Shown in pieces: positions 35,287-44,158 of a stretch of DNA of 50,125 nucleotides (position 1 is its first letter; each line of letters opens with the position of its first letter). Source of the stretch: an uncultured Chitinophaga sp. (GTDB taxonomy: Bacteria > Planctomycetota > Planctomycetia > Pirellulales > UBA1268); NCBI GenBank assembly GCA_964567835.1, contig CAZMOU010000011.1, positions 1-50,125 on the forward strand, read 5' to 3'. The translations under genes were made by a program, and so were the position numbers. The notes under the pieces are model-generated. The model made no database searches. It was not told where the DNA came from and saw only the letters and a program-made list of their open reading frames with translations.

Positions 35287-38200
35287 GCAGGCTCGTCGCC
35301 ATCATCGACGCCGCCGATCCGGCCGTCCGCGACCGGTCGATCGACGAGGCCTGTCGGGGGCTCGGCCCGCGCGAACTCCTCGCCGAGGCGGCCGCGGTCG
35401 ACGCGCACCGTCGGGAGTGCAGGAACCTCTACCGTCGTGTGCGGGGGTTGTTCTTCCTCGCCGCGATCCACCGCTACCACCTGCCGGCGGCGCTCGAACG
35501 GCCTCCGGTCCGATCGGCCGACGGCTTGATCCCCGCCCCGGCGGTGCACCATCTCCTCGGGCGGCGTTTCGAGGAGGCGATCGACCTCCTCCTCGAGTGC
35601 GTCCGTGCGGCGGGCCCGTCGCCCGCGCTCTCGAGCGCCCTGGCGGTGGCCTACCGGGAACTCGGGCTCCAGACGCTCGCCAATCAGGTCCGGCAGTCGG
35701 TGCGATCGATCCGGGGCAACCAGTGGATGTTCCGTGTCGGCCACCCGGCCGATCAGCCCCTGCGGATCCGGCGGGAACTCCTCGGCGGCGGCGCGGGGAG
35801 GCCGTATCCGGTCCTCCACGAATCGACGCCGGTGCGCATGGACCTCTCGCACGCCGGCTGGAGCGACATCTTCTTCCTGGGGATGGATTGCCCCGAGGCG
35901 GCCCGCGTGCTCAACGTCTCGGTCGACCTGGGCGTGCACGGTCGCGACGCGGCGCCGCGGCCGCCGGTCGAGGCCTTCCTGCGCGTCATCGACGAGCCCC
36001 TCCTGCGGCTCACGAGCATCGACCTCGACGCCACCGCCGACATCACCGACCTGGCGGAGGTGTTCGACTTCGGGCGGGATTATCTCGGGCTGCTCAAGGC
36101 CGCCGTGATCGCCAGCGGCATCATCCCCCCGGGGATCGAGGGATCGGGCGAGACGCTCGCCGATCTGCTCGAGGCGACGATCGGGCCCGGTCTGGGGCTC
36201 GAGTTGGTGAGCAGCGTCAACGGCATCCCCAAGGGCTCGAGGCTCGCCGTCTCGACGAATCTCCTCGCTTCGCTCATCGCCGTCTGCATGCGGGCCACCG
36301 GGCAGGCGGGCTCGCTCGAGGGGGGGCTCGACGAATCCGAGCGCCGGCTGGTGGCGGCCCGGGCGATCCTCGGGGAGTGGCTCGGCGGGAGCGGGGGCGG
36401 CTGGCAGGACTCGGGCGGGGTGTGGCCGGCCGCGAAGCTGATCCGTGGCGTCGTGGCCGCCGAGGGGGATCCGGAGTACGGCATCAGCCGTGGCCGTCTG
36501 CTGCCGCGCCACGACCCTGTGCCACTGGGAGCCGACCTGCAGGAGTCGCTCGTCCTCGTGCACGGGGGCATGGCGCAGAACGTCGGCCCGATCCTGGAAA
36601 TGGTGACCGAGAAGTATCTCCTCCGCAGCGAGGACGAGTGGCGGGCGCGGATCGAGGCCGGCGCCGTCCTCGACGAGATCATCGCCGGCGTCGCCGCCGG
36701 GGACGTCCGTCGCATCGCCGCCGCCACCACCCGCAATTTCGCCGGTCCGATCCGCACGATCATCCCCTGGGCGAGCAACGCCTACACCGAGACGCTGATC
36801 GAGGAGGTGGCGGCCCGCTTCGGGGAGCGGTTCTGGGGCTTCTGGATGCTGGGGGGCATGTCGGGAGGGGGCATGGGCTTCATCTTCGATCCGCGCTGCC
36901 GGCTCGAGGGCCAGGAAGCGCTGGCGTCGATCATGGCGGGGGCGAAGCGGCGCTTCGAGGATGGCCTGCCCTTCGCGATGGATCCGGTGGTCTACGACTT
37001 CGCCGTCAACGCCCGGGGCACCTGGTGTGCGTTCCACCGCGGGGCCGACGCGCTCCTCCCCCCCGGCTACTACGCCCGGGTCGTGCCGCAGTTGCTCCGC
37101 TCGTCCCGGCGCGACCTCACCGAGGCCCGGCGGGTGGATCTCGAGTCGTTCGGAGCCGCCTGCCGTACCCGCCCCGAGCTGTCGGGGATGGTCGATACGC
37201 TCTTCGACCGGCTCTTCCCGGCGGCCCGCGAGACGCGGACCGGCGAGCGCGAGTTGCGCGCCGCCCTCGCGTCGCTCGGCTTCGACGAGGTCGAGCACGA
37301 GCAGATCCGCGCCGATCTCCGCGCCGGCCGGATCGGACTGGCCCAGAATCGGCTTCCCGCGTCGATGACGATCGAGGACGTCTCCGACGCCGACGTCGAC
37401 CGCGTGGGCGAGGGGGACGACGCGCATCACCACCGCATCGGCACGGAGGCGATCCGGCGCGGCGAGGCGGCCATCGTCACGCTCGCCGCCGGGGTGGGGA
37501 GCCGGTGGACCCAGGGTGCGGGGGTGGTCAAGGCGCTCAATCCGTTCTGCCGGATCGCGGGGGCGTGGCGCACGTTCCTCGACGTCCACGTCGCCAAGGC
37601 GCGGCGGACGGCGCGGCTCGCCGGCGCGGCGGTGCCGCACGTCGTCACCACCAGCCATCTCACCCACGCGCAGCTCGCCGCCGCCGGGCGGCCGGTGATC
37701 CTCTCCCCCGGCCGGGCGGTGGGGTTGCGCATGGTGCCGATGGTGAGGGACCTGCGGTTCTTCTGGGAGGAGACGGCCCGTCAGGTGCTCGACGAACAGC
37801 GCGAGAAGATGCGGGAGAGCGTCCACGCGGCGCTGGCGGCGTGGGCGGAGCGGGCCGGGGAGGCGAGCGACTACACCGACAACACCCTGGCACAGTGCCT
37901 CCATCCGGTGGGCCACTGGTACGAGGTGCCGAACATGATCCGCAACGGCGTGCTCGCCAGGCTTCTCCGCGAGCACCCCCGGCTGCGGTGGATCATGCTC
38001 CACAACATCGACACCGTGGGGACCGATCTCGATCCGGCGATCCTCGGCCGGCACATGGCCGGCGGCGCCGGACTCTCGGTGGAGGTGATCCCGCGGCACG
38101 TCGAGGACCGGGGTGGCGGGCTCGCGCGGGTGAACGGCCGGCCCCGGCTCGTCGAGGGTCTGGCGATGCCGCGCGAGGACGACGAGTGGCGTCTGCGTTA

Positions 38201-38585
38201 CTACAACACCCTCACCACCTGGATCGATCTCGACGCCCTGCTCCGCACGTTCGGCCTCTCGCGCGACGACGTGCTCGCGGCGGAGCGCGGGGACGACGAG
38301 CGGGCGCGCGTGGCGGCGGCGATCCGCGGTGTCGCCGCGCGGATGCCCACGTACGTGACGCTCAAGGACGTGAAGAAGCGCTGGGGCCACGGCCAGGAGG
38401 ACGTCTTCCCGGTCACGCAATTCGAGAAGCTGTGGGGGGACATGACCGCCGTCGCCGACCTGTCGACGCGCTACTTCGTCGTCCCCCGCGTCCGCGGCCG
38501 CCAGCTCAAGGACGTGGCCCAGCTCGACGGGTGGCTGCGCGACGGCTCCGCGGCGGCGGTGGAGAATCTCGGCGACTGGGACTGA
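35283..38585 (+). CDS. multidomain protein: unknown N-domain + fucokinase-like GHMP kinase region + UDPGP-family (UDP-sugar pyrophosphorylase) domain
   Basis: 1100 aa. ATG 35283 overlaps the upstream stop (ATGA). GHMP-like segments: PVRMDLSHAGWSD, IPKGSRLAVSTNLLASLIA, GGGWQDSGG, LGGMSGGGMGFIF. UDPGP-like segments: IVTLAAGVGSRWTQG and IMLHNIDTVGTD. Confidence 0.6.
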   Translation: MSRLVAIIDAADPAVRDRSIDEACRGLGPRELLAEAAAVDAHRRECRNLYRRVRGLFFLAAIHRYHLPAALERPPVRSADGLIPAPAVHHLLGRRFEEAIDLLLECVRAAGPSPALSSALAVAYRELGLQTLANQVRQSVRSIRGNQWMFRVGHPADQPLRIRRELLGGGAGRPYPVLHESTPVRMDLSHAGWSDIFFLGMDCPEAARVLNVSVDLGVHGRDAAPRPPVEAFLRVIDEPLLRLTSIDLDATADITDLAEVFDFGRDYLGLLKAAVIASGIIPPGIEGSGETLADLLEATIGPGLGLELVSSVNGIPKGSRLAVSTNLLASLIAVCMRATGQAGSLEGGLDESERRLVAARAILGEWLGGSGGGWQDSGGVWPAAKLIRGVVAAEGDPEYGISRGRLLPRHDPVPLGADLQESLVLVHGGMAQNVGPILEMVTEKYLLRSEDEWRARIEAGAVLDEIIAGVAAGDVRRIAAATTRNFAGPIRTIIPWASNAYTETLIEEVAARFGERFWGFWMLGGMSGGGMGFIFDPRCRLEGQEALASIMAGAKRRFEDGLPFAMDPVVYDFAVNARGTWCAFHRGADALLPPGYYARVVPQLLRSSRRDLTEARRVDLESFGAACRTRPELSGMVDTLFDRLFPAARETRTGERELRAALASLGFDEVEHEQIRADLRAGRIGLAQNRLPASMTIEDVSDADVDRVGEGDDAHHHRIGTEAIRRGEAAIVTLAAGVGSRWTQGAGVVKALNPFCRIAGAWRTFLDVHVAKARRTARLAGAAVPHVVTTSHLTHAQLAAAGRPVILSPGRAVGLRMVPMVRDLRFFWEETARQVLDEQREKMRESVHAALAAWAERAGEASDYTDNTLAQCLHPVGHWYEVPNMIRNGVLARLLREHPRLRWIMLHNIDTVGTDLDPAILGRHMAGGAGLSVEVIPRHVEDRGGGLARVNGRPRLVEGLAMPREDDEWRLRYYNTLTTWIDLDALLRTFGLSRDDVLAAERGDDERARVAAAIRGVAARMPTYVTLKDVKKRWGHGQEDVFPVTQFEKLWGDMTAVADLSTRYFVVPRVRGRQLKDVAQLDGWLRDGSAAAVENLGDWD

Positions 38586-38610
38586 CACGCCCGCGCAGGG
38601 CGCCCGCGCG

Positions 38611-38629
38611 ACCGCCCGCCGGGGGCGGT
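38611..38629 (+). terminator. GC-rich hairpin after the long glycan operon
   Basis: ACCGCCC-GCCGG-GGGCGGT starts 26 nt after the stop at 38585. A second palindromic GGCCGCG/CGCGGCC follows. No U-tract. The next gene starts 104 nt after that stop. Confidence 0.3.
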
Positions 38630-38689
38630 TGCGGCCGCGCCGCGGCCCCCGCTTAAACCCGGCCCCGCCGATCTGCTAGGCTCCGGCCC

Positions 38690-39982
38690 ATGAGCCGAGC
38701 CGAGCCCGTGCCCTGTCCTCTCTCCGTCTGGGTCGTGAACCCGTTCGACGACCTGCCGGGCGAGGGGCTGCCGCCGCTGCGGTTCTGGACCCTCTGCCGC
38801 GTCCTCGCCGGCAGGGGCCACGACGTCACGTGGTGGTCGGCGGACTGGAGTCACCGGAGGAAGGCGATCCGCTTCCCCCCGCCGCGCGGGGTGCTCGCGG
38901 AGGAGGGGTTCGACGTCCGCCTCGTGCCGGTGCGTCCCTACTCCGCGAACGTGTCGCTGTCGCGCCTGCGCAGCCACCGCGACTTCGGCCGCACGCTCGA
39001 GCGACAGGGGGCGCAGGCGGTGGCCTCGGGCGATCTCGAACGGCCCGACATCGTGATCGCCAGCATTCCTCCGCTCGAGGGAGCGGAGGCCGCGGCCCGT
39101 CTCGCCGCCCGTCTCGATGCCCTCCTCGTCGTCGACGTCATGGACCTGTGGCCGGAGACGTTCCGTCGCCTGCTGCCCGGCCCGGAGTGGTTCCGGGGTC
39201 TCCTGGCACCGCTGCTGCTCGGCGGCATGGAGCGCCGTCGCCGTGCCCTGCTGACCGGTGCCGACGGCGTCTCGGCGGCGACGGAGACCTACGCCCGTGC
39301 CGCCCTGGCCGGTCTGCCGGGCGAGCGAAAGACCCATGTGTGCCACCTCGGCGCCTACATCGAGGAGTATCCGCCGCCGCCGCGCGTTCCGCCGCTCGAC
39401 GATCCGGCCGACGAGGTCCCCCCCGCCGGCCCGCTGGCCTGCGTGTACGCCGGCACGCTCGAGGCGGGCCAGGATCTCGACACCGTCCTGGCCGCCGCAC
39501 GCCGACTCTCCGCCGCCGGCACGGCCGTGGAGATCCATGTCGCCGGCACCGGTCGCCTCGAGCCACGACTGCGAGCGGAGGCCGCGGGCATCCCGGCGCC
39601 GTGCCGTGTGGTGGTCCACGGCCTCCTGCCCCGCGGCGACTACGCCCGCCTCCTCGCGCGTTGCGACGTGGGGATCGTGGCGGTGAAGCCGGAGTCGCTC
39701 GTCGCGGTGCCCTACAAGGCCTGCGACTACGCGGCCGCCGGACTGGCGCTGGTCAACGGCCTGCCGGGCGAGCTCGACGCCATGATCGACGAGCACCGTG
39801 CCGGCCTCGCCTACCGTGCCGGCGACGCCGCCTCGCTGGCGGCCGCGCTCGGCGGCCTCGCCGCCGATCGACGGCGTCTGCTCCTCCTGCGGCAGGGCGC
39901 GCGGCGGCTGGCCGAGGCGCGTTTCGATCGGGAGTCCACCTACGCACGCTTCGCCCGCTGGCTCGAATCGCTCGCGGGATGA
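38690..39982 (+). CDS. GT-B glycosyltransferase (WbuB-like)
   Basis: 430 aa. VWVVNPFDDLPGE N-terminus typical of WbuB-type enzymes. C-terminal VAVPYKACDYAAAGLALV. Confidence 0.7.
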   Translation: MSRAEPVPCPLSVWVVNPFDDLPGEGLPPLRFWTLCRVLAGRGHDVTWWSADWSHRRKAIRFPPPRGVLAEEGFDVRLVPVRPYSANVSLSRLRSHRDFGRTLERQGAQAVASGDLERPDIVIASIPPLEGAEAAARLAARLDALLVVDVMDLWPETFRRLLPGPEWFRGLLAPLLLGGMERRRRALLTGADGVSAATETYARAALAGLPGERKTHVCHLGAYIEEYPPPPRVPPLDDPADEVPPAGPLACVYAGTLEAGQDLDTVLAAARRLSAAGTAVEIHVAGTGRLEPRLRAEAAGIPAPCRVVVHGLLPRGDYARLLARCDVGIVAVKPESLVAVPYKACDYAAAGLALVNGLPGELDAMIDEHRAGLAYRAGDAASLAAALGGLAADRRRLLLLRQGARRLAEARFDRESTYARFARWLESLAG

Positions 39983-39985
39983 GCC

Positions 39986-40960
39986 ATGGAGTGCCTCGTC
40001 ACCGGCGCGGGCGGTTTCGTGGGTCGCGCCGTCATCGAGGCGCTCTCGGAGGCCGGTTGGTCGGGACTCGCCACCGGCCGTGCGGCGCCCGCCGGACTCC
40101 CGCCCGGGTGGCGGGGATGGCAGCGTGACGATCTGCTCGCGCGGCCCGACGCGGCCCGCCCACGGGCGATCGTCCACCTCGAATCGAGGAGCCCCGCGGA
40201 CGACGCCCCGGAGGGCGACGGGGGGATGTTCGACAGGGTGAACGTCGGCGGGACGCGGGAATGGCTCGAGTGGGCGGCGGCGGCCGGCACACGGCGCTTC
40301 GTGCTCGTCGGCTCGATCCTCGCCGTCGTTCCCGCGGACGGTCCGCGTACCGAGGAAGCGCCCCTCGTGGCGGACGATTCCTACGGCGGATCGAAGGCGC
40401 GGGCGGAGGCCGTGCTGCGGGAATGGTGCGCCGCGGACGCCGGCCGCCGGGGGGTGATCCTCCGATCGGCGCCGGTCTACGGGCCGGACGAGCGATCGAA
40501 CCTCCTGCCGTTCGTGCGGCGTGTGATCGCCGGCAAGCCGGTCGTCTTCGGGGAGGGGCGGGCGGTCCGATCGATCGTCTCGCGCCGCAACCTGGCGGCC
40601 GCGGTGGTCTTCGCCCTCTCCCGGGACGCACTCCCGTGCGAGGTGTTCAACGTCGCCGACGCCCGTCCGGTCACGCTCGCCGAGCTCGCGGCGATGGTGG
40701 CGTCCGCGGCCGGCGTCCCAGTGCCCCGGCGGGTGCCCGCGTGGGCCGCCACCCTGGCGGCGCCGGTCGGCGATCTCGCCACGCTGTTGACCGGGCGACC
40801 GATGCCGATCGGCATGTCCCGGCTGCGGGCCTCGCGTGTCTCGATCGACTTTCCCTGCGACCGTCTGGTGGCCGCCGGCTTCCGCCATGCCGAATCGACG
40901 CGCGACGGGCTCGCGCGGATGGTGGACTGGATCCGTTCCTTACCGGATAGTGGGCAATGA
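39986..40960 (+). CDS. NAD-dependent epimerase/dehydratase family protein
   Basis: 324 aa, starting 3 nt after the upstream stop. LVTGAGGFVGRAV and YGGSKARAE (YxxxK). Confidence 0.8.
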   Translation: MECLVTGAGGFVGRAVIEALSEAGWSGLATGRAAPAGLPPGWRGWQRDDLLARPDAARPRAIVHLESRSPADDAPEGDGGMFDRVNVGGTREWLEWAAAAGTRRFVLVGSILAVVPADGPRTEEAPLVADDSYGGSKARAEAVLREWCAADAGRRGVILRSAPVYGPDERSNLLPFVRRVIAGKPVVFGEGRAVRSIVSRRNLAAAVVFALSRDALPCEVFNVADARPVTLAELAAMVASAAGVPVPRRVPAWAATLAAPVGDLATLLTGRPMPIGMSRLRASRVSIDFPCDRLVAAGFRHAESTRDGLARMVDWIRSLPDSGQ

Positions 40961-41311
40961 ACCGGGTGGCATCGGAACGCATCCCTGCGGCGGGCCCGGG
41001 TCGCGCCCGGCGCTTCCTTCCCTGACGATTCGTCAATGCCATTCCGGTATGGCGTGGAGGCGTGACGAGTCCCCCCGGCCCGTGCGTCACGTCTGGCGAG
41101 CGGTGGGAACGACCGTGCGGACGGCTTTCAAAGGTGACATCACGCCGTCCCGACTGGACATGGCAGGATGTCCGGTACGACTGAACATGTTGCAGGGTAG
41201 CCCTCGACGGGGGCTGCCGCCGTGTACGGTGTGACGCCGTTCCGGCCCGACCCTTTCACGAATGCCGTGCTGACCCACCCGCGCGCGGCGCCCCTCCTGC
41301 GATCGACATTC

Positions 41312-43219
41312 ATGTGTGGCATCTGTGGGGTGCTCTCCACGAAACCGCTGCCGTTCGCCGACATCGCCCGGTCGATGATGACCGAGATGATGCATCGCGG
41401 CCCGGACGCCGGGGGGCATCATCCGGTCGGTCTCGGAGAGGGCGTCGGTGGCGTGCTGGGCTTCCGACGGCTGGCGATCCTCGACCTCTCGCCGACCGGC
41501 AACCAGCCCATGGAGCACCCCGTCACGGGTGACACGCTGGTCTTCAACGGCGAGATCTACAACTTCGCGTCGCTGCGCGCGGAGTTCGAGGCCCGGGGCA
41601 CGGTGTTCCGCGGATCGAGCGACACCGAGGTGCTCCTCGAGGGGCTGGTGCGGCACGGCGAGGCGTTCCTCTCCCGGCTCCACGGAATGTACGCGTTCGC
41701 CTTCCATCGGGTGCGCGACGGCAAGCTGCTGCTCGCCAGGGATCCGCTGGGGATCAAGCCGCTCTACGTCGCCCGCCTCCCCGGCACGCTCGTCTTCGGG
41801 AGCGAGATCCGTGCCGTGCTGGCGTCGGGCGTGGTACCCGCGGAGGTCGATGCCGGCGGGGCGGCGTCGATGCTCGCGTACGGTTCGGTCCAGGCGCCGC
41901 GGACGGTGTGGTCGCACGTCCGCGACTTCCCCGCCGGGCATCACGAATGGATCGACGGAAGGAAGGTCCGGGAGGCGACCGGCGAGGGCCCGAAACGGTT
42001 CTGGGCCTTCAAGCCGGCGTCGGCGCCCGCGGATCCCGACGTGCCGGGCCGCGTCCGCGACCTGCTCATGGCGGCGGTCCGCAGCCACGTCCGCGCCGAC
42101 GTCCCCGTCGGGGTCTTCCTCTCCGCGGGCGTCGACTCCACGATCCTGGCGACGCTCGCCGCGGCGTGCACTCCGAAGGTCACCGCGTTCACCGTCGGTT
42201 TCGAGAAGTCGCTCGGCGAGGACGAGGTGGCGATCGCCTCCGCCACCGCCCACGACCTGGGCATGAAGCACGTCTCGGTCGTGGTGGAGACCGAGTCGGT
42301 CTTCGATACGTGGCGCTCGTGGATGGCCTCGATGGACAGCCCGAGCATCGACGGCTTCAACACGGCGCTCGTCAGTCGGGCGTTCTCCAGCGAGGGGGTG
42401 GTGGTCGGCCTCTCGGGGCTCGGTGCCGACGAACTCTTCGGGGGATACGGGACGCTGTCGCGGGTGCGCACGCTGCGGTCGTTGATCAGGCGGCCGCTCG
42501 TGCCGGCGATCCTCCGTATGGCCGACCGCCTCGGCGTGGGGGGGCTCGTCGACCGCCGGTCGGCCCTGGAGAAGCTCGTCGACATCGTGGCGGGCGACGA
42601 CGATCCGCGCGCCGTCTACTTCGGCACCCGGCGCGTGATCTCGAACCGCTGGCTGGCTGCGTTCGGGCTGGACCGCGGGAGCCTGGGACTGAACGCCGAG
42701 TGGCTCGATCGGGATGCGGACGCGATCGCGACCCCACCCGACCTCGATCCCTTCAACATCCTCGCCCGGCTCGAGGCGACGCACTACATGCGCGACACGC
42801 TGCTGCGCGACACCGACGCCAACAGCATGCGTCATTCGCTCGAGGTGCGTGTCCCCTTCCTCGATCTGCCCCTCGTCGACTACGTCTCCTCGCTCCCGGC
42901 CGCCGCGAAGACGGGTCCGGGCCCGGGGAAGCGACTGCTCCGCGAAGCCTGTGCCGATCTCCTCCCCCCGGCCGTCGTGAACCGGAAGAAGACCGGATTC
43001 ATGCTCCCGGTGGGAGCCTGGAGGGCGGGGCCGATGCGGGACTGGTGCGAGTCGTCGATCGACTCGTTGGCGGCCCGGCCGCCGTTCGACGGGGGGGCCC
43101 TGCGGCGTCTGTGGCGGGATTTCCTCGCCGATCAGCGTTCGGTGCATTGGTCGAGGCCGCTGGCGATCGTCGTCCTCGGGCATCACCTCGCCTCTTTCCG
43201 CACGGCCTTGAGCGCCTGA
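41312..43219 (+). CDS. asparagine synthase B-type glutamine amidotransferase
   Basis: 635 aa. It must start at ATG 41312 so that Cys2 of MCGICG is the Ntn nucleophile. PP-loop SAGVDST. Confidence 0.85.
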   Translation: MCGICGVLSTKPLPFADIARSMMTEMMHRGPDAGGHHPVGLGEGVGGVLGFRRLAILDLSPTGNQPMEHPVTGDTLVFNGEIYNFASLRAEFEARGTVFRGSSDTEVLLEGLVRHGEAFLSRLHGMYAFAFHRVRDGKLLLARDPLGIKPLYVARLPGTLVFGSEIRAVLASGVVPAEVDAGGAASMLAYGSVQAPRTVWSHVRDFPAGHHEWIDGRKVREATGEGPKRFWAFKPASAPADPDVPGRVRDLLMAAVRSHVRADVPVGVFLSAGVDSTILATLAAACTPKVTAFTVGFEKSLGEDEVAIASATAHDLGMKHVSVVVETESVFDTWRSWMASMDSPSIDGFNTALVSRAFSSEGVVVGLSGLGADELFGGYGTLSRVRTLRSLIRRPLVPAILRMADRLGVGGLVDRRSALEKLVDIVAGDDDPRAVYFGTRRVISNRWLAAFGLDRGSLGLNAEWLDRDADAIATPPDLDPFNILARLEATHYMRDTLLRDTDANSMRHSLEVRVPFLDLPLVDYVSSLPAAAKTGPGPGKRLLREACADLLPPAVVNRKKTGFMLPVGAWRAGPMRDWCESSIDSLAARPPFDGGALRRLWRDFLADQRSVHWSRPLAIVVLGHHLASFRTALSA

Positions 43220-43311
43220 CGCCCCCCCTGCCAGGGCGTGGTATCCTTGCGGCTCCCGGGAACGGTGCGGTCCGGCCCCGGAGCCCCCAGCCGAGTGTGG
43301 ATTCCGAGCCG

Positions 43312-43989
43312 ATGGCGTTCGTCACGCTGCGAGTCCTGCACGGCGCCGACCGGGGGAGGGTTTTCGAGCGCCTCTCCACGCCCGTCACGATCGGGCGCGA
43401 GGAGGGGAACACGATCCAGCTCAACGACGAGCGGATCAGCCGTTACCACCTCAAGCTCCAGGAGGACAACGACAAGGTCGTCCTCACCGATCTGGAGAGC
43501 ACCAACGGCACCAAGGTCAACGGGGAGGACATCCAGGTCCGGATCCTCCGTGACGGCGACACGATCGCCCTGGGGCGGTCACTGCTCCTCGTCGGTTCGC
43601 AGACCGACATCGACCGGCGGCTCGCCGACATGGCGGCCCGCCTGCCGCCGGCCGAGGGCGCCCGGGCCCGCGATCTCGGCCGCCACCTCCGCTCGCTCGT
43701 CGACGGACGGGGCGACGGCCCCACGTCGAATCTCGAGGATCTCCGACCGCCGCGCCTGCCGGGCGAGTTGCCGCCCCCTCCGGAACGCATGAGCCCGGCG
43801 CAGTCGGCGGAGTTCGTCGAGCTCTTCGATCACGTGCAGGCGGTGTTGCGCGATGCGACCGAGGGGGCGACGGTGAGGCCGGGTGCCGAGCGCGTGGAGA
43901 TCGACTTCGCCCATTGGCAGGCGCTGCTCGACCTGCAGGGCCGTCTCGCGGAGATGCTGCGGGGAATCAACGAGCCCCCCGCGACGTGA
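43312..43989 (+). CDS. FHA domain protein
   Basis: 225 aa from ATG 43312. FHA core TIGREEGNTIQLNDERISRYHLKL...LTDLESTNGTKVNG. Confidence 0.8.
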   Translation: MAFVTLRVLHGADRGRVFERLSTPVTIGREEGNTIQLNDERISRYHLKLQEDNDKVVLTDLESTNGTKVNGEDIQVRILRDGDTIALGRSLLLVGSQTDIDRRLADMAARLPPAEGARARDLGRHLRSLVDGRGDGPTSNLEDLRPPRLPGELPPPPERMSPAQSAEFVELFDHVQAVLRDATEGATVRPGAERVEIDFAHWQALLDLQGRLAEMLRGINEPPAT

Positions 43990-44158
43990 TTCCCCCGGGT
44001 CCGACTCGCCCGGCCGGCCTGCCGGCGCCGCGGCGGCGATCCGCTCCCACGGCGCGGTAGACTCTCCGGCTCGAGCCCCACGGCGCGACGGCGGGATTCA
44101 GGCGCGGAGTGCGCCGTGACCGCCGACGCCGGGCACTTCGTCGCGCACGAGGCCACGG

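Noticed and set aside
35178-38588. 1136-aa minus-strand ORF and 1194-aa plus-strand ORF (35072-38656)
   Set aside because: These are alternative frames of the 35283-38585 gene. Only the 35283 frame shows recognisable GHMP/UDPGP motifs and an ATGA junction with the upstream gene.
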